Positions 53,571-64,000 of a stretch of DNA of 64,000 bases are shown here, in pieces. The first letter of the stretch is position 1, and every line of letters starts with the position of its first letter. Source of the DNA: an uncultured Actinomycetota bacterium (lineage in GTDB: Bacteria; Actinomycetota; Actinomycetes; Propionibacteriales; Kribbellaceae); the NCBI GenBank assembly GCA_963820655.1, contig CAWGAM010000002.1, forward strand, positions 1,631,868 to 1,695,867, given 5' to 3'. Under the pieces are notes generated by a model. It was given only the letters and a program-made list of their open reading frames with translations. It was not told where the DNA came from and ran no database searches. The position numbers were made by a program, and so were the translations under genes.

Positions 53571-54540
53571 AGTGAGCATCGCGTTGTTCACCCTGGGCGG
53601 CACCATCGCCATGGCCCGCGGCCACCGGCTGACCGGCGAGGACCTCGCGGCCGCCGTCCCCGGGCTGTCCGAGCTCGGCCGGCCGGTCGAGATCCAGGAC
53701 ATCGAGTCGGTGCCCAGCTCCAACCTGACCGCGGCGAAGATGCTCGAAGTCGTCGACGCCGCATCGAAGGCCGTTGCTGCCGGAGCCACCGGTGTCGTGG
53801 TCACTCAAGGCACCGACACTCTGGAAGAGACCGCCTTCCTGGTCGACCAGATCTGGCCACACCCGCAGCCGTTCGTGCTCACCGGCGCGATGCGCAATCC
53901 CACTCTGGCCGGTCCGGACGGCCCGGCGAACCTCTTGGCCGCCCTCCGCGTCGCCTGCTCCCCCGCGGCCCGCGACCTCGGCGCACTGGTGGTGTTCAAC
54001 GACGAGATCCACGCGGCCCGGTGGGTCCGCAAGACACACAGCACGAGTACGGCGACCTTCGTCTCCCCCAACACCGGTCCGATCGGCCACGTGGTCGAGG
54101 ACCGGGTTCGCGTCCTCACGCGCCCACTGCGCCTTGACGGCGTACAGGGCAGTACCGAGCCGGCAGAGCTCGATGCGACCCGGGTGGCGCTCTACACCGT
54201 CACGATGGACGACGACGGGCTACTGCTGCAGGGGTTGGCGGACACCCACCAGGGTCTGGTTGTCGCCGCGTTCGGCGTCGGGCACGTGCCCGCTAGGCTC
54301 GCGCCGGTGCTCGGCGACCTGGCCGCGGTGATGCCGGTGGTCCTGACCTCGCGGACCGGCGCCGGCTCGGTCCTGCGCGACACCTATCGGTCGGCGGGGT
54401 CGGAGTCCGACCTGTTGCAGCGCGGCCTGATCGACGGCGGCTTCCTCGACCCGTACAAGGCGCGCGTGCTCCTTCGGTTGCTGCTCGCAACAAATGAGGA
54501 TCCGGACGAGATCATCGCCGCCTTCGCGCAGTACCACTAG
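53571..54540 (+). CDS. L-asparaginase (type I); GTG start after a GAGGAGG Shine-Dalgarno sequence
   Basis: VSIALFTLGGTIAM (the TGGTIA motif) and VVVTQGTDTLEETAF. Confidence 0.85.
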
Positions 54541-54733
54541 TAACTTCCTTGGGCGGCCTTCCCGAACGGACTGGGCAGTCTCTAATACCCCGGCTCGGAG
54601 CAGCTAAACCGGTCGTCACGAACATCGGACAGATCGTGGTAATTCCGTGGCTCCACCTTGACCTCGGGGCCGGACAATGCTCGGATCGTCAGGCTCGGGG
54701 ACCGATTTTCGAGGGTTGGGAGATGGTTGCGCC

Positions 54734-55123
54734 GTGGTCGAACAGACACAGGCCGGCACGACGGGGGACAGCGATTACGAGGCGGTCGGCGGAGGTCCGG
54801 CGATCGCCTCGGTGGTAGATCTCTTCTACCGCAATGTTCTCAGTGATGCGCAGTTGTCCGGCTACTTCGCGGACACCGATCTGGCCCGGCTGAAGCGGCA
54901 CCAGGTGCAACTCGTCTCCCAGGTGATGGGCGGCCCGGTCGCGTACGACGGCCCGGCCCTGGCCGACGCGCACAGGGGCCGCGGCATCACCAGTGACGAC
55001 TTCGGCAAGGTGGTCGTGCACCTGGTCGCGGCCCTGGAGGCGCACGAGGTACCCGCCGACATCACCGGGCGGGTGGTGACAGCACTGGGCGCCACCCAGG
55101 ACGACATCGTCAGCCCGAACTGA
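54734..55123 (+). CDS. group I truncated haemoglobin (trHbN-like); start uncertain (GTG 54734 or ATG 54677)
   Basis: YEAVGGGPAIASVVDLFYRNVLSDAQLSGYFADTDLARLKRHQVQLVSQVMGGPVAYDGPALADAHRGRGIT matches the trHb pattern F..V..D..L..F, R.K..Q, G.P.Y, H.G.GI. Confidence 0.8.
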   Translation: MVEQTQAGTTGDSDYEAVGGGPAIASVVDLFYRNVLSDAQLSGYFADTDLARLKRHQVQLVSQVMGGPVAYDGPALADAHRGRGITSDDFGKVVVHLVAALEAHEVPADITGRVVTALGATQDDIVSPN

Positions 55124-55131
55124 CCCCGGGG

Positions 55132-56271
55132 ATGGACCCGGCTGCACTGAAGAACAGCTGGGCACTCGTCGCCAAGGCCGGCGACGAGGTTCCGCTGTTC
55201 TTCTACTCCCATTTGTTCCTGTCCCATCCCGAGGTCCGGGAGATGTTCCCGGTCTCGATGGCCGCCCAGCGCGACAAGCTGGTCGGCGCTCTCGGCGCCG
55301 TGGTCAGCAACGCCACCCAACTCGACCAGGTGGTGCCGTTCCTGCAACAGCTCGGCCGCGACCATCGACGGTTCGCCGTGGTGGCCGAGCACTACTCCGC
55401 GGTCGGTGCGTCCCTGCTCGCGACGTTGCAGCACTTCCTGGGTGCGGCCTGGACGTCCGAGCTGGCCGCCGAGTGGGCCGAGGCGTACGGCCTGGTCGCG
55501 ACCGTCATGGTCCAGGCCGCCGAGGACTCGGCCGAGCACTCCCCCGCGTGGTGGCCCGGCGAGGTCCTCGGGGTGGACCGACGCACGATGGACGTGACGA
55601 TCGTGCAGATCCACCCGGAGCAGCCGCTCGAGTACCGGCCGGGTCAGTCCGTGGCGATGGAGATTCCCTACCGGCCGCGGCGCTGGCGCTACTACAGCCC
55701 GGCCAACGCACCACGCAGTGACGGGTCCTTCGAGCTGCACATCGGTCTGGTCCCCGGCGGCCAGGTCAGCGGCCCCGCGGTCCGGTCCCTCCGGCGCGGT
55801 GACGCGGTCCGCATCGGCGCTCCGGTCGGCGACACGCTCAAACTGCCGGAGGACGACGGCCGGGACCTCGTGATGATCGCCGGCGGCACCGGGCTGGCGC
55901 CGTTCCGGGCCATGCTCGAGCAGTTGGACCGGCGGACGCCACCGAGCCAGGTCCCGCGGGTGCATCTGTTCCACGGGGCCCGGATGCCGTGGAACCTCTA
56001 CGAGCACAAGCAGCTGACCAATCTCACCCAGCGGCCGTGGTTCAACTACACCCCCGTCGTGTCCGACGACACGTCGTACCCTGGGCACCGTGGGCAGGTA
56101 GGCGCGATCGCGGCCGCTCAGGGGCCGTGGCCGAACCGCACCACCCTGGTGTGCGGCTCACCCGCCATGGTCCGGCACACCGTCGCCGAGCTCACCGAAG
56201 CGGGTGTGCCGGCGACCGACATCCATACCGAAACCTTGGGGATCACGACCTCGGCAGGGAGTCAGCAGTGA
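55132..56271 (+). CDS. hmp: flavohaemoprotein (globin domain fused to FAD/NAD-binding ferredoxin-reductase domain; Hmp-like NO dioxygenase)
   Basis: The globin N-domain is LKNSWALVAKAGDEVPLFFYSHLF. RWRYYSP is the FAD RxYS motif, and MIAGGTGLAPF is NAD-binding. Confidence 0.85.
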   Translation: MDPAALKNSWALVAKAGDEVPLFFYSHLFLSHPEVREMFPVSMAAQRDKLVGALGAVVSNATQLDQVVPFLQQLGRDHRRFAVVAEHYSAVGASLLATLQHFLGAAWTSELAAEWAEAYGLVATVMVQAAEDSAEHSPAWWPGEVLGVDRRTMDVTIVQIHPEQPLEYRPGQSVAMEIPYRPRRWRYYSPANAPRSDGSFELHIGLVPGGQVSGPAVRSLRRGDAVRIGAPVGDTLKLPEDDGRDLVMIAGGTGLAPFRAMLEQLDRRTPPSQVPRVHLFHGARMPWNLYEHKQLTNLTQRPWFNYTPVVSDDTSYPGHRGQVGAIAAAQGPWPNRTTLVCGSPAMVRHTVAELTEAGVPATDIHTETLGITTSAGSQQ

Positions 56272-56921
56272 CGCGCCAAGACCCGTTCGCCAGGAGACCG
56301 GCCCAGTCGCCGCACGCGATCCGGAACCAGACCTTCGGCACCCGCCGCAAGGGCCTCGACCAGAGCGAAGTGACGGCATACCTGGGCGAACTGGCCGACC
56401 AGATCGAGTACGCCGACGCGGACCGGGCGGAACTGCGGGCCGAAGTCGAGCGGCTGCGCAACAGTACGCCGGATGCGGATCAGCGGGCTCACATCACCGC
56501 GCACGCGGTCGGACTGCTCAGCCAGGCACAGCAGATCTCGGACAACCTGGTGGCCGAGGCGGAGCAGTACGCCAAGGATCTGGTCGAGTCTGCTCGCACC
56601 CAGCAGCGGGACGCGCTGGCCCAAGCCAAGGAGTCGGTGGAATCGGCGGTCAAGCACATGCCGCCGACTGATGCCCCGGTGGCCGATCTGGAGTACGTCC
56701 AGACCTTCACCCGAGTGGCTCATGTGCAACTCCGGTCCGTCCTCGATGCCCTGGCGGAGCAGGTCGATCGGCTAGGCAAGTTGCCGCAGGTGCAGCCCGA
56801 CGCGAGTACGAAGGAAGCGACTCCCCACGAGGAGGTCCTGTGGTGGACGGACCTGTCCGCCGCTGCCGACAACGCCGTACTGGACACCCGGTCCGCGGCC
56901 GGCCACCGCCGGCCTATTTGA
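56268..56921 (+). CDS. DivIVA-domain protein; GTG start overlaps the hmp stop (GTGA)
   Basis: FGTRRKGLDQSEVTAYLGELADQIEYADADRAELRAEVERL is a DivIVA N-domain with coiled-coil. Confidence 0.65.
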   Translation: MTRQDPFARRPAQSPHAIRNQTFGTRRKGLDQSEVTAYLGELADQIEYADADRAELRAEVERLRNSTPDADQRAHITAHAVGLLSQAQQISDNLVAEAEQYAKDLVESARTQQRDALAQAKESVESAVKHMPPTDAPVADLEYVQTFTRVAHVQLRSVLDALAEQVDRLGKLPQVQPDASTKEATPHEEVLWWTDLSAAADNAVLDTRSAAGHRRPI

Positions 56922-56987
56922 TCCGCGGGAGCGCGGCTGACTTCCTGGTGAGGTAGTCGCGCTCCGGCAGACCCACGTCCACGTGCC

Positions 56988-58217
56988 TCAGTCGAGTAGG
57001 GCGTCGACGAACTGTTCAGGGTCGAAGGGGGCCAGGTCGTCGGGTCCTTCGCCGAGGCCGACGAGCTTGACCGGTACGCCGAGCTCACGCTGCACCGCGA
57101 TCACGATGCCGCCCTTCGCCGTACCGTCCAGCTTCGTCAGGACCAGGCCGGTGACGTTGATGACCTCGGCGAACACGCGCGCCTGGGTGAGTCCGTTCTG
57201 GCCGGTGGTGGCGTCGATGACGAGCAGCACCTCGTCCACCTCGGCGGTCTTCTCGATCACCCGCTTCACTTTGCCGAGCTCGTCCATCAGTCCGGTCTTG
57301 GTGTGCAGGCGGCCGGCGGTGTCGACCAGTACGACGTCCGCCTCTTCCTCGATGCCTTCCTTGACCGAGTCGAACGCGATGCTGGCCGGGTCGCCGCCCT
57401 CAGGCCCGCGTACCGTCCGCACACCGACCCGCTCACCCCAGGTCTGCAGCTGGTCCGCGGCCGCGGCCCGGAACGTGTCCGCCGCGCCCAGCACGACGTG
57501 CTTGTCCTCGGCTACCAGTACTCGCGCCAGCTTGCCGACCGTGGTCGTCTTGCCGGTGCCGTTGACGCCGACCACCAGGACGACAGCCGGCTGCGAATCC
57601 TTGCGGCTCACCTTGAGGGTCCGGTCCAGCGACGGGTTGACCAGGGCGATCAGCTCCTCGCGAAGGATCTCCCGGGCCTGGTCGCCGCTCACGCCTTCCA
57701 CCCGCATCCGGGTCCGCAGCTTCTCCACCAGCTCCTGCGTGGGTGCCACACCGACGTCCGCGGTGATCAGCGTGGTCTCGATGTCCTCCCACGCCTCTTC
57801 GTCCAGCTTGTCCCGCGACAGCAGTGCGAGCAGGCCCTTGCCGAGCGAGCCCTGCGACCGCGCCAGCCGGGCGCGGAGCCGGACCAGCCGTCCCTGCGCG
57901 GACTCCGGCTTGTCGATCGTCGAGACCGGGGCCTCCGGCAGCTCAGTGTCCTCCAGCGTCCGGGTCGGCGTGTCCCGCGGCTCCTCGGCGTCCTCGCCGA
58001 CCTTCGGCTCTGGCTCCTCGTCGGCCTTCGGCTCTGCCTCGACCTTCGGCTCCGCGGTCTCGAGCGGCGCCGGCTGGGGGGCCGGGGGGAGCTCAGACTT
58101 CCGCCGCCGGGTGACGACGAGCCCGGTGGTACCGGCGACCACAACGACCGCGATCACCACGATGATGGCGATCAGAGCCTGGTCCGTGAGCAGAGTGACG
58201 AGCTGTGGGTTCAACAC
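56988..58217 (-). CDS. ftsY: signal recognition particle receptor FtsY
   Basis: The N-terminal TM is followed by an acidic EP/K-rich A-domain, then NG-domain motifs VVGVNGTGKTTT, DTAGRL and TKLDGTAKGG. Confidence 0.9.
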   Translation of the reverse strand: MLNPQLVTLLTDQALIAIIVVIAVVVVAGTTGLVVTRRRKSELPPAPQPAPLETAEPKVEAEPKADEEPEPKVGEDAEEPRDTPTRTLEDTELPEAPVSTIDKPESAQGRLVRLRARLARSQGSLGKGLLALLSRDKLDEEAWEDIETTLITADVGVAPTQELVEKLRTRMRVEGVSGDQAREILREELIALVNPSLDRTLKVSRKDSQPAVVLVVGVNGTGKTTTVGKLARVLVAEDKHVVLGAADTFRAAAADQLQTWGERVGVRTVRGPEGGDPASIAFDSVKEGIEEEADVVLVDTAGRLHTKTGLMDELGKVKRVIEKTAEVDEVLLVIDATTGQNGLTQARVFAEVINVTGLVLTKLDGTAKGGIVIAVQRELGVPVKLVGLGEGPDDLAPFDPEQFVDALLD

Positions 58218-58260
58218 GGTTCCCCATCTTGACAGACGCCCGGCCCGCCACCCGCATTCG

Positions 58261-59886
58261 TCACGTCAAGCACACCAGCTGTCGCGGTACGTGATCCGGA
58301 ACCAGTTCGGGCCGGTGAGTGAGGAGAACGACCGTCCGGCGATCAGCCGCGGCGAACAGGTCCGCCAGCAGCGCGCGACCGGTCTCCTCGTCCAGGTGTT
58401 CGGTCGGCTCGTCCAGCACGAGTACGTCGCGGTCAGCCAGGAGGAGCCGGGCAAAGGCGAGTCGCTGCCGCTCGCCGCCCGACAGCCGGGCGCCGTGCTC
58501 GCCGACCATGGTGTCGAGCCCGTCCGGAAGCTGTTCGACGAACACTCCCAGCCGTGCGCGGTAGAGCGCCTTCCAGAGCTGCAGGTCGCTAGCGCCCGGC
58601 TTCGCGAGCAGCAGGTTCTCCCGGATGCTCGTGTCGAACACATGACTCTCCTGCGTCAACAGACCCACCACGGACCGCACCTGGTCGCCGTCGAGCCGTG
58701 CGAGGTCGACACCGTCCAGGAGCACCTCTCCGCCTCGTGGCTCGAGGAATCGCAGCAGCACCGCCGCAAGCGTGCTCTTCCCCGAACCACTCGGCCCAGT
58801 GATCACCACCCGGCTCCCGGCCGGCATGTCAAGGCTCAACCCGTCCAGTACGTCGCTCGCGTCGTACCCGACCCGCAGCAGCTTCACTTCGAGGTCGCGC
58901 CCGGTTGGGAGCGGTACCGGGTCTGTTGGCTCGGTCACCGGCTCTGGGCTGTCTACGAGCTCTTGGACTCTGCCGAGGGACGCCCGTACCCGGATGGCGA
59001 GCTGTGCGGCTGCCGGGATCCCTCCGAGTACGTCGGCCAGCGCGAGTGGGGTCAGTACCAGTACGGCGAACACCGCGCCGGTGATGTGCGCAGTACTGCC
59101 GAGCACCAGGCCCGCCACACTCGCACCGCCGACACAGAGGACGAGTAGTGCGCTGCCGAGACCGGCGCTCCAGGCGGAACGACGCTCTGCTGCGGCCAGT
59201 CTGGCGTCGCTCCTGCTGAAAGCGTCCAGCACGTCGTCGATCGCGTTGAAGGCGACCACATCACCAGCGGTCAGCAGCGTCTCGGTGGACGCGGCCGCGA
59301 CCTCGCCGCGTGCTCCAGCGATCTTCTGCTCGGCGCGTTCTGCGGTCTTGGCCGTCAGCCACGGCACGAGCGTGCAGGCAACGAGGACGGCCACTGCCAC
59401 GGCGGCGCCGGCTGCGGGGAGCAGGACCGCGAGCAGCGCGACGGTCGCGGTGGCTGTCACCGCGGCGACCGCGACCGGCAATACGACCCGCAACCAGAGG
59501 TCGAGCACCGCATCGACGTCCAGCACAAGCCGAGCCAGCAGATCTCCCTTGCGGCGCGAGGTCAGCCCACCCGGCGCCAGCCGCTCCAGCCGCCCGGTGA
59601 TCCGAGCCCGGGTCGCCCCCAACACCCGGTACGCCGCGTCATGCCCCACCAACCGTTCGAGGTAGCGGAACACACCACGCCCAACTCCGAACGCCCGCAC
59701 AGCCACAATCGGCACCAGCAAGATCAACACCGGCGGCTGGGCTGCAGCCGTGGTGATCAACCAGGCAGAGGTGGCGAGCAGAGCCACGGCCGACCCCGCA
59801 GCGGCAACTCCCAAGAGCAACGCGAGCACAAGCCGCCCCCAGACCCGCCCCTCCGGGCGCACAAGCCCCCACCAACCCCGGCTCAT
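58261..59886 (-). CDS. cydC: thiol-reductant ABC exporter CydC (permease plus ATPase)
   Basis: Six TM segments plus GPSGSGKSTL, LSGGERQRLAFARLL and LVLDEPTEHLD. Confidence 0.85.
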   Translation of the reverse strand: MSRGWWGLVRPEGRVWGRLVLALLLGVAAAGSAVALLATSAWLITTAAAQPPVLILLVPIVAVRAFGVGRGVFRYLERLVGHDAAYRVLGATRARITGRLERLAPGGLTSRRKGDLLARLVLDVDAVLDLWLRVVLPVAVAAVTATATVALLAVLLPAAGAAVAVAVLVACTLVPWLTAKTAERAEQKIAGARGEVAAASTETLLTAGDVVAFNAIDDVLDAFSRSDARLAAAERRSAWSAGLGSALLVLCVGGASVAGLVLGSTAHITGAVFAVLVLTPLALADVLGGIPAAAQLAIRVRASLGRVQELVDSPEPVTEPTDPVPLPTGRDLEVKLLRVGYDASDVLDGLSLDMPAGSRVVITGPSGSGKSTLAAVLLRFLEPRGGEVLLDGVDLARLDGDQVRSVVGLLTQESHVFDTSIRENLLLAKPGASDLQLWKALYRARLGVFVEQLPDGLDTMVGEHGARLSGGERQRLAFARLLLADRDVLVLDEPTEHLDEETGRALLADLFAAADRRTVVLLTHRPELVPDHVPRQLVCLT

Positions 59887-61508
59887 GCGTGCACCAGCTC
59901 TCGGGCTCCTACGGTGACTGTTCTGTCGGCTGCGGCGATGAGTCCGGGACGGTGCGCAACCATCAGGACCGTCCGCCCGCTCGCCCGCAGCCCGGTGACG
60001 ACTGCGGCCTCCGCGTCCGCGTCCAGGCCCGCGGTCGGCTCGTCCAGTAGTAGGACCGGCGCGTCCGTGATAAGCGCGCGAGCCAGCGCCACCCGGCGCT
60101 GCTGACCACCCGACAGCAACTGCCCCTGCTCGCCCACCGGCTTGTCCAGCTCCAGCTCACTCGCCCCGGCAGCGATCAGGGCCAGTCGCACCTCATCGTC
60201 TGGCGCATCCGGTCGACCGAGTCGGACGTTGTCTGCGACCGTGCCCAGCCGCAGGCCCGGACGCTGCGGCACCCAGGCGAACTGCCGCCTCCACACCGTC
60301 GGTTCGAACTCGTCTGCCGCGCTGCCACCGACAACGACCACACCGTGCTCTGGCTCGACGAATCCGAGCAACACCGACAGCACAGTCGACTTCCCTGCAC
60401 CACTCGGACCAGTGAGGGCAACTACCTCACCTGGCCGGAGTTCCAGGTCGAAGCCCTGCAGCGCCGGCTCCTCGCGACCCGGGTAGCGCACTGTCACGTC
60501 GTACAGGTGGAGCGGGCTCAGCCGCAGGTCCGGTACGTCGGTGCGGTCGCCGCGCTCGGGCAGTGGTGTCTCGAGCACGCGGAACACCTCTTCACTCGCG
60601 GCCACCCCATCGGCACTGGCATGGAACTGCATGCCGACCTGACGCAGTGGGAGGTAGGCCTCCGGCGCAAGGATCAACACCATCAGCGCAGTCTCGAGTC
60701 CGAGCTTGCCGTCGATCAATCTGAGGCCGACACCGACCGCGACCAACGCCACCGAGATGCTGGCCAGCAACTCCAAGGCCAGCGAGGACAGGAACGCCAG
60801 CCGCAGACTGCCCATCGACGCGACCCGGTGCTGGTCGGTCACCCGTCGTACGGCGGACTCCTGCGCCTTCGCACGCCCGAACAGCTTCAGCGTGGAGAGT
60901 CCACCGACGACGTCGGCGAAGTGATGCGCCAGGACAGCTAGTGCTCGCTGGCGGCGCCGGCTGTGGGCCTGAGTCGCCCAGCCGATCAAGGCCATGAAGA
61001 TCGGGATCAGCGGGAGGGTGACGAGCACGGTCCCTGCCGCGATCAGGTCACCGCTCGCCATCCACCCGACCACGCCCGCCGGCACGGTAGCCGCGAGTAC
61101 GAGCTGTGGCAGGTAGCGGGCGAAGTACGGGTCCAGGTCGTCGAGTCCCTTGGTGAGCAGGGTTGTCAGCGCACTACTGCGTTCGCCACTGAGCCACACA
61201 GGCCCGAGCTTCAACGAGTGCTCCAGCGTCTGTCGCCGCAGTGTCGACTTCACTGCAGCCGCAGTCCGCTGAGCCACCACCTCCTGCGCCCACACCAGCA
61301 ACGCTCGCCCCACGACAACGCCCGCCAGGCTCCAGGCCACACCAGCGACCGCACTGCCCCGCAACACCACTCCAGCGATGCCGTGCGCCAGCAACACGGC
61401 CTGAACCACGATCAGCACCCCACTGGCGACGCCGATCAGCACCGACGCGGCCAGGAAGACGCGGGCACCCCGGGCCCTGCGCAGCAACCGCGGGTCGAGC
61501 GGCTTCAT
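59883..61508 (-). CDS. cydD: thiol-reductant ABC exporter CydD
   Basis: GPSGAGKSTV, LSGGQQRRVALARAL and LLLDEPTAGLD. The stop overlaps the cydC start. Confidence 0.85.
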   Translation of the reverse strand: MKPLDPRLLRRARGARVFLAASVLIGVASGVLIVVQAVLLAHGIAGVVLRGSAVAGVAWSLAGVVVGRALLVWAQEVVAQRTAAAVKSTLRRQTLEHSLKLGPVWLSGERSSALTTLLTKGLDDLDPYFARYLPQLVLAATVPAGVVGWMASGDLIAAGTVLVTLPLIPIFMALIGWATQAHSRRRQRALAVLAHHFADVVGGLSTLKLFGRAKAQESAVRRVTDQHRVASMGSLRLAFLSSLALELLASISVALVAVGVGLRLIDGKLGLETALMVLILAPEAYLPLRQVGMQFHASADGVAASEEVFRVLETPLPERGDRTDVPDLRLSPLHLYDVTVRYPGREEPALQGFDLELRPGEVVALTGPSGAGKSTVLSVLLGFVEPEHGVVVVGGSAADEFEPTVWRRQFAWVPQRPGLRLGTVADNVRLGRPDAPDDEVRLALIAAGASELELDKPVGEQGQLLSGGQQRRVALARALITDAPVLLLDEPTAGLDADAEAAVVTGLRASGRTVLMVAHRPGLIAAADRTVTVGARELVHA

Positions 61509-62521
61509 GCGCTCGGCGCCGATGACACGACTGCGACCGGCTCGACGCTGATGCGCTTGCGGAACACCCAGTACGTCCAGCCCTGATAGAGCAGCACCAA
61601 CGGCAGGAAGATCGCGGCAATGATCGTCAACACCTTCAATGTGTACGGCGTTGACGCGGCATCAACTGTTGTCAATGTTGATTGCGGATCAAGTGTTGAC
61701 GGCATCACGGCCGGGAACATCGCGGCGAACAACGACACCACGGACAGTCCGACGGCGAGCGCCGTACCAAGGAAGGCCCAGCCCTCGCGGCGCCGGAGGT
61801 TCGCCACCAGACCGACGGCGAAGGCAACGACCGCAGCACACGCCACGATGACCGAACCCTTGTCGCCACGCAGCGCCTGCGCCCACCAGAGGAAGACGAT
61901 CGCCAGTACCGCGGCGACCACGCCCGCGCGCGATGCCAGCCGGTTCGCGCGGCGGCGGAGATCGTCCGTGGTGCGCAGAGCCAGGAAGATCGCCCCGTGC
62001 GTGACGAAGACCGCGGCGAAGGTGAGGCCACCGAGCACAGCGAACGGACTCAACAGATCGCCGAGGTTGCCGACGTACTCAAAGGACTTGTCCAGCGGTA
62101 CGCCGCGGACCAGGTTGGCGAAGGTGATCCCCCACAACGCCGCCGGGACCAGCGACCCGATCGTGATCAGTGTGTCCATCCGCCCACGCCAGGCCAACTC
62201 GTCGCGCTTGCCGCGGTACTCCAGCGCGACGCCGCGCAGGATGAGCGCCACGAGGATCGCGAACAGCGGCAGGTAGAACCCGCTGAACAGCGTCGCGTAC
62301 CACTCCGGGAACGCCGCGAACGTCGCCCCACCGGCGACGATCAGCCACACCTCGTTGCCGTCCCAGACCGGCCCGATCGTGGTGATCACGGCCCGCCGCT
62401 CGGGCTCGTTCCGGCCGAGCACCCGCACCAGCATCCCGACCCCGAAGTCGAATCCCTCGAGCACGAAGTACCCGGTCCACAGCCCCGCGATCGCGAGGAA
62501 CCAAACCGTCGTGAGTTCCAT
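61505..62521 (-). CDS. cydB: cytochrome bd ubiquinol oxidase subunit II
   Basis: MELTTVWFLAIAGLWTGYFVLEGFDFGVGML. Confidence 0.9.
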   Translation of the reverse strand: MELTTVWFLAIAGLWTGYFVLEGFDFGVGMLVRVLGRNEPERRAVITTIGPVWDGNEVWLIVAGGATFAAFPEWYATLFSGFYLPLFAILVALILRGVALEYRGKRDELAWRGRMDTLITIGSLVPAALWGITFANLVRGVPLDKSFEYVGNLGDLLSPFAVLGGLTFAAVFVTHGAIFLALRTTDDLRRRANRLASRAGVVAAVLAIVFLWWAQALRGDKGSVIVACAAVVAFAVGLVANLRRREGWAFLGTALAVGLSVVSLFAAMFPAVMPSTLDPQSTLTTVDAASTPYTLKVLTIIAAIFLPLVLLYQGWTYWVFRKRISVEPVAVVSSAPSA

Positions 62522-62546
62522 CGATGAGCTCCTCAGTCCGGATGCT

Positions 62547-63966
62547 TCAGTAGGCGAAGGACAGGGGCTTCTCGGCCTCGTCCGTCGAGTCGTCCGGCGA
62601 ATCAGATCCCGCCGGCGCGTCCGTCCCGGCCAGCCCGGCCCGGATCGTCCGCATCATCAGCTTCACCTCGACCACCGCGAGTACGCCGTACAGGACGGTG
62701 AAGCCCGACCAGCGACGTGATGACCTCGGCACTCGTCGTTCCCGGCGACACACCCGATGCCGTCGGCAACAACCCGAACACCAGCCAGGGTTGCCGGCCG
62801 GTCTCGGTGAAGATCCAGCCGAAGCAGTTCGCGAGCAGGGGCAGCAGCGGCAGCGGGATCGCCAGCCAGACCAGCCACCGGCTCGGCGCCCGGCCCCGGC
62901 GCGTTGCCCAGAGCAACCACACCGCGATCCCCGCGGACGCCATCCCGACCCCGATCATCAGCCGGAAGGTCCAGTAGGTGAGCGGGATGTTCGGCTTGTA
63001 CGACCCCGGTCCGTAGAGCTGTTCGTAAGCGGCCTGCAGCGAGTTGATCCCCTTCACCTCGTCGTCGAAGTGACCGGTGGCCAGGAACGACAGCAGGTAA
63101 GGCACCTTGACCGAGAAGATCTCCTTCGACCCGTCCAGCGTGCCGACGGTGAAGACCGAGAACGAGGCGGGCTTCTCGGTCTCGTACAGCGCCTCGGCCG
63201 CCGCCATCTTCATCGGCTGCACCTCGGTCATCACCTTGCCCTGCTGGTCTCCGCTGATCGCGACCCCGCCACCGGCCGCGATGACGATGACAGCGCCGAT
63301 CTTGAGCGCCGTGCGGAACACGTCCCGGTCCACGGAAGGACGCCGTACCAGATGCCAGAGGGCGACGCCGGCGACGAACGCGCCGCCGACCATGAAGGCG
63401 GCGAAGATCGTGTGCGGGTACGTGACCAGGACGACCTTGTTGGTCAGCACCGCCCACAGATCCGTCAGCTCCGCGCGGCCACGGGAAGCGTTGTAGCGGA
63501 AGCCGACCGGGTTCTGCATCCAGGAGTTGGCCGCGAGGATGAAGTACGCCGACAACTGGGTGCCGAGCACCACCATCCAGATGCACCCGAGGTGGACCAG
63601 CCGGGGCAGCCGCTCCCAGCCGAAGATCCACAACCCGATGAAGGTCGACTCGAGGAAGAACGCGAGCAGCCCCTCCAACGCCAGCGGGGCGCCGAACACG
63701 TCCCCGACGAAGCGCGAGTAGTCGCTCCAGTTCATCCCGAACTGGAACTCCTGCACGATGCCGGTGACCACACCCATCGCGATGTTGATCAGGAACAGCT
63801 TGCCGTAGAACTTGGTCAGCCGCAGGTACTTCTCCTTGCCGGTCCGGTACCAGGCGGTCTGCAGCCCGGCCGTGATCGCGACCAGGGAGATCGTCACCGG
63901 GACGAAGAAGAAGTGGTAGACGGTGGTGATCGCGAACTGCCATCGAGACAGGTCCAAGGTGTCCAC
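62547..63966 (-). CDS. cydA: cytochrome bd ubiquinol oxidase subunit I; GTG start; one frameshift near 62700
   Basis: VDTLDLSRWQFAITTVYHFFFVPVTISL, a Q-loop, and GWIFTETGRQPW. The true C-terminus FTVLYGVLAVVEVKLMMRTIRAGL is in the frame of ORF 62547-62753. Confidence 0.9.
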
Positions 63967-64000
63967 GCGCCGGCCTCCCCAGCATCTACGACGTTACGTA

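Overview
This is high-GC (about 70%) actinobacterial chromosomal DNA. Its backbone is the conserved translation, SRP and nitrogen-regulation gene order: rlmN-cdsA-frr-pyrH-tsf-rpsB, xerC, yraN-comM-dprA, rnhB-lepB-lepB-rplS-trmD-rimM-KH-rpsP, ffh, glnD-glnB-amtB, ftsY and cydABDC. Accessory inserts sit between these blocks. (1) Between rpsP and ffh: a DeoR/GH4/PfkB/ABC sugar cluster, an orphan EACC1-like small protein divergent from an NfeD-flotillin pair, a LuxR-type two-component system, a cell-wall amidase, an amidohydrolase and two tandem MltB-like lytic transglycosylases with Pro/Thr-repeat tails and long 5' leaders. (2) Between ffh and glnD: a translationally coupled two-gene module (small helical protein plus an HExxH protein), an arginase-family gene and DUF2332. 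(3) Between amtB and ftsY: TetR, an ECF sigma/anti-sigma pair, an FAD oxidoreductase divergent from an XRE-cupin regulator, asparaginase, and a truncated haemoglobin, flavohaemoglobin and DivIVA-domain trio. About 14 of roughly 65 CDSs are broken by single-base frameshifts, including the essential genes tsf and cdsA; this suggests consensus sequencing errors rather than pseudogenes. No CRISPR array, rRNA or tRNA gene, or obvious mobile element is visible. The most unusual items are the orphan EACC1-like gene, the HExxH two-gene module, a TrmD-GNAT fusion ORF, and the leader regions of the two lytic transglycosylases.
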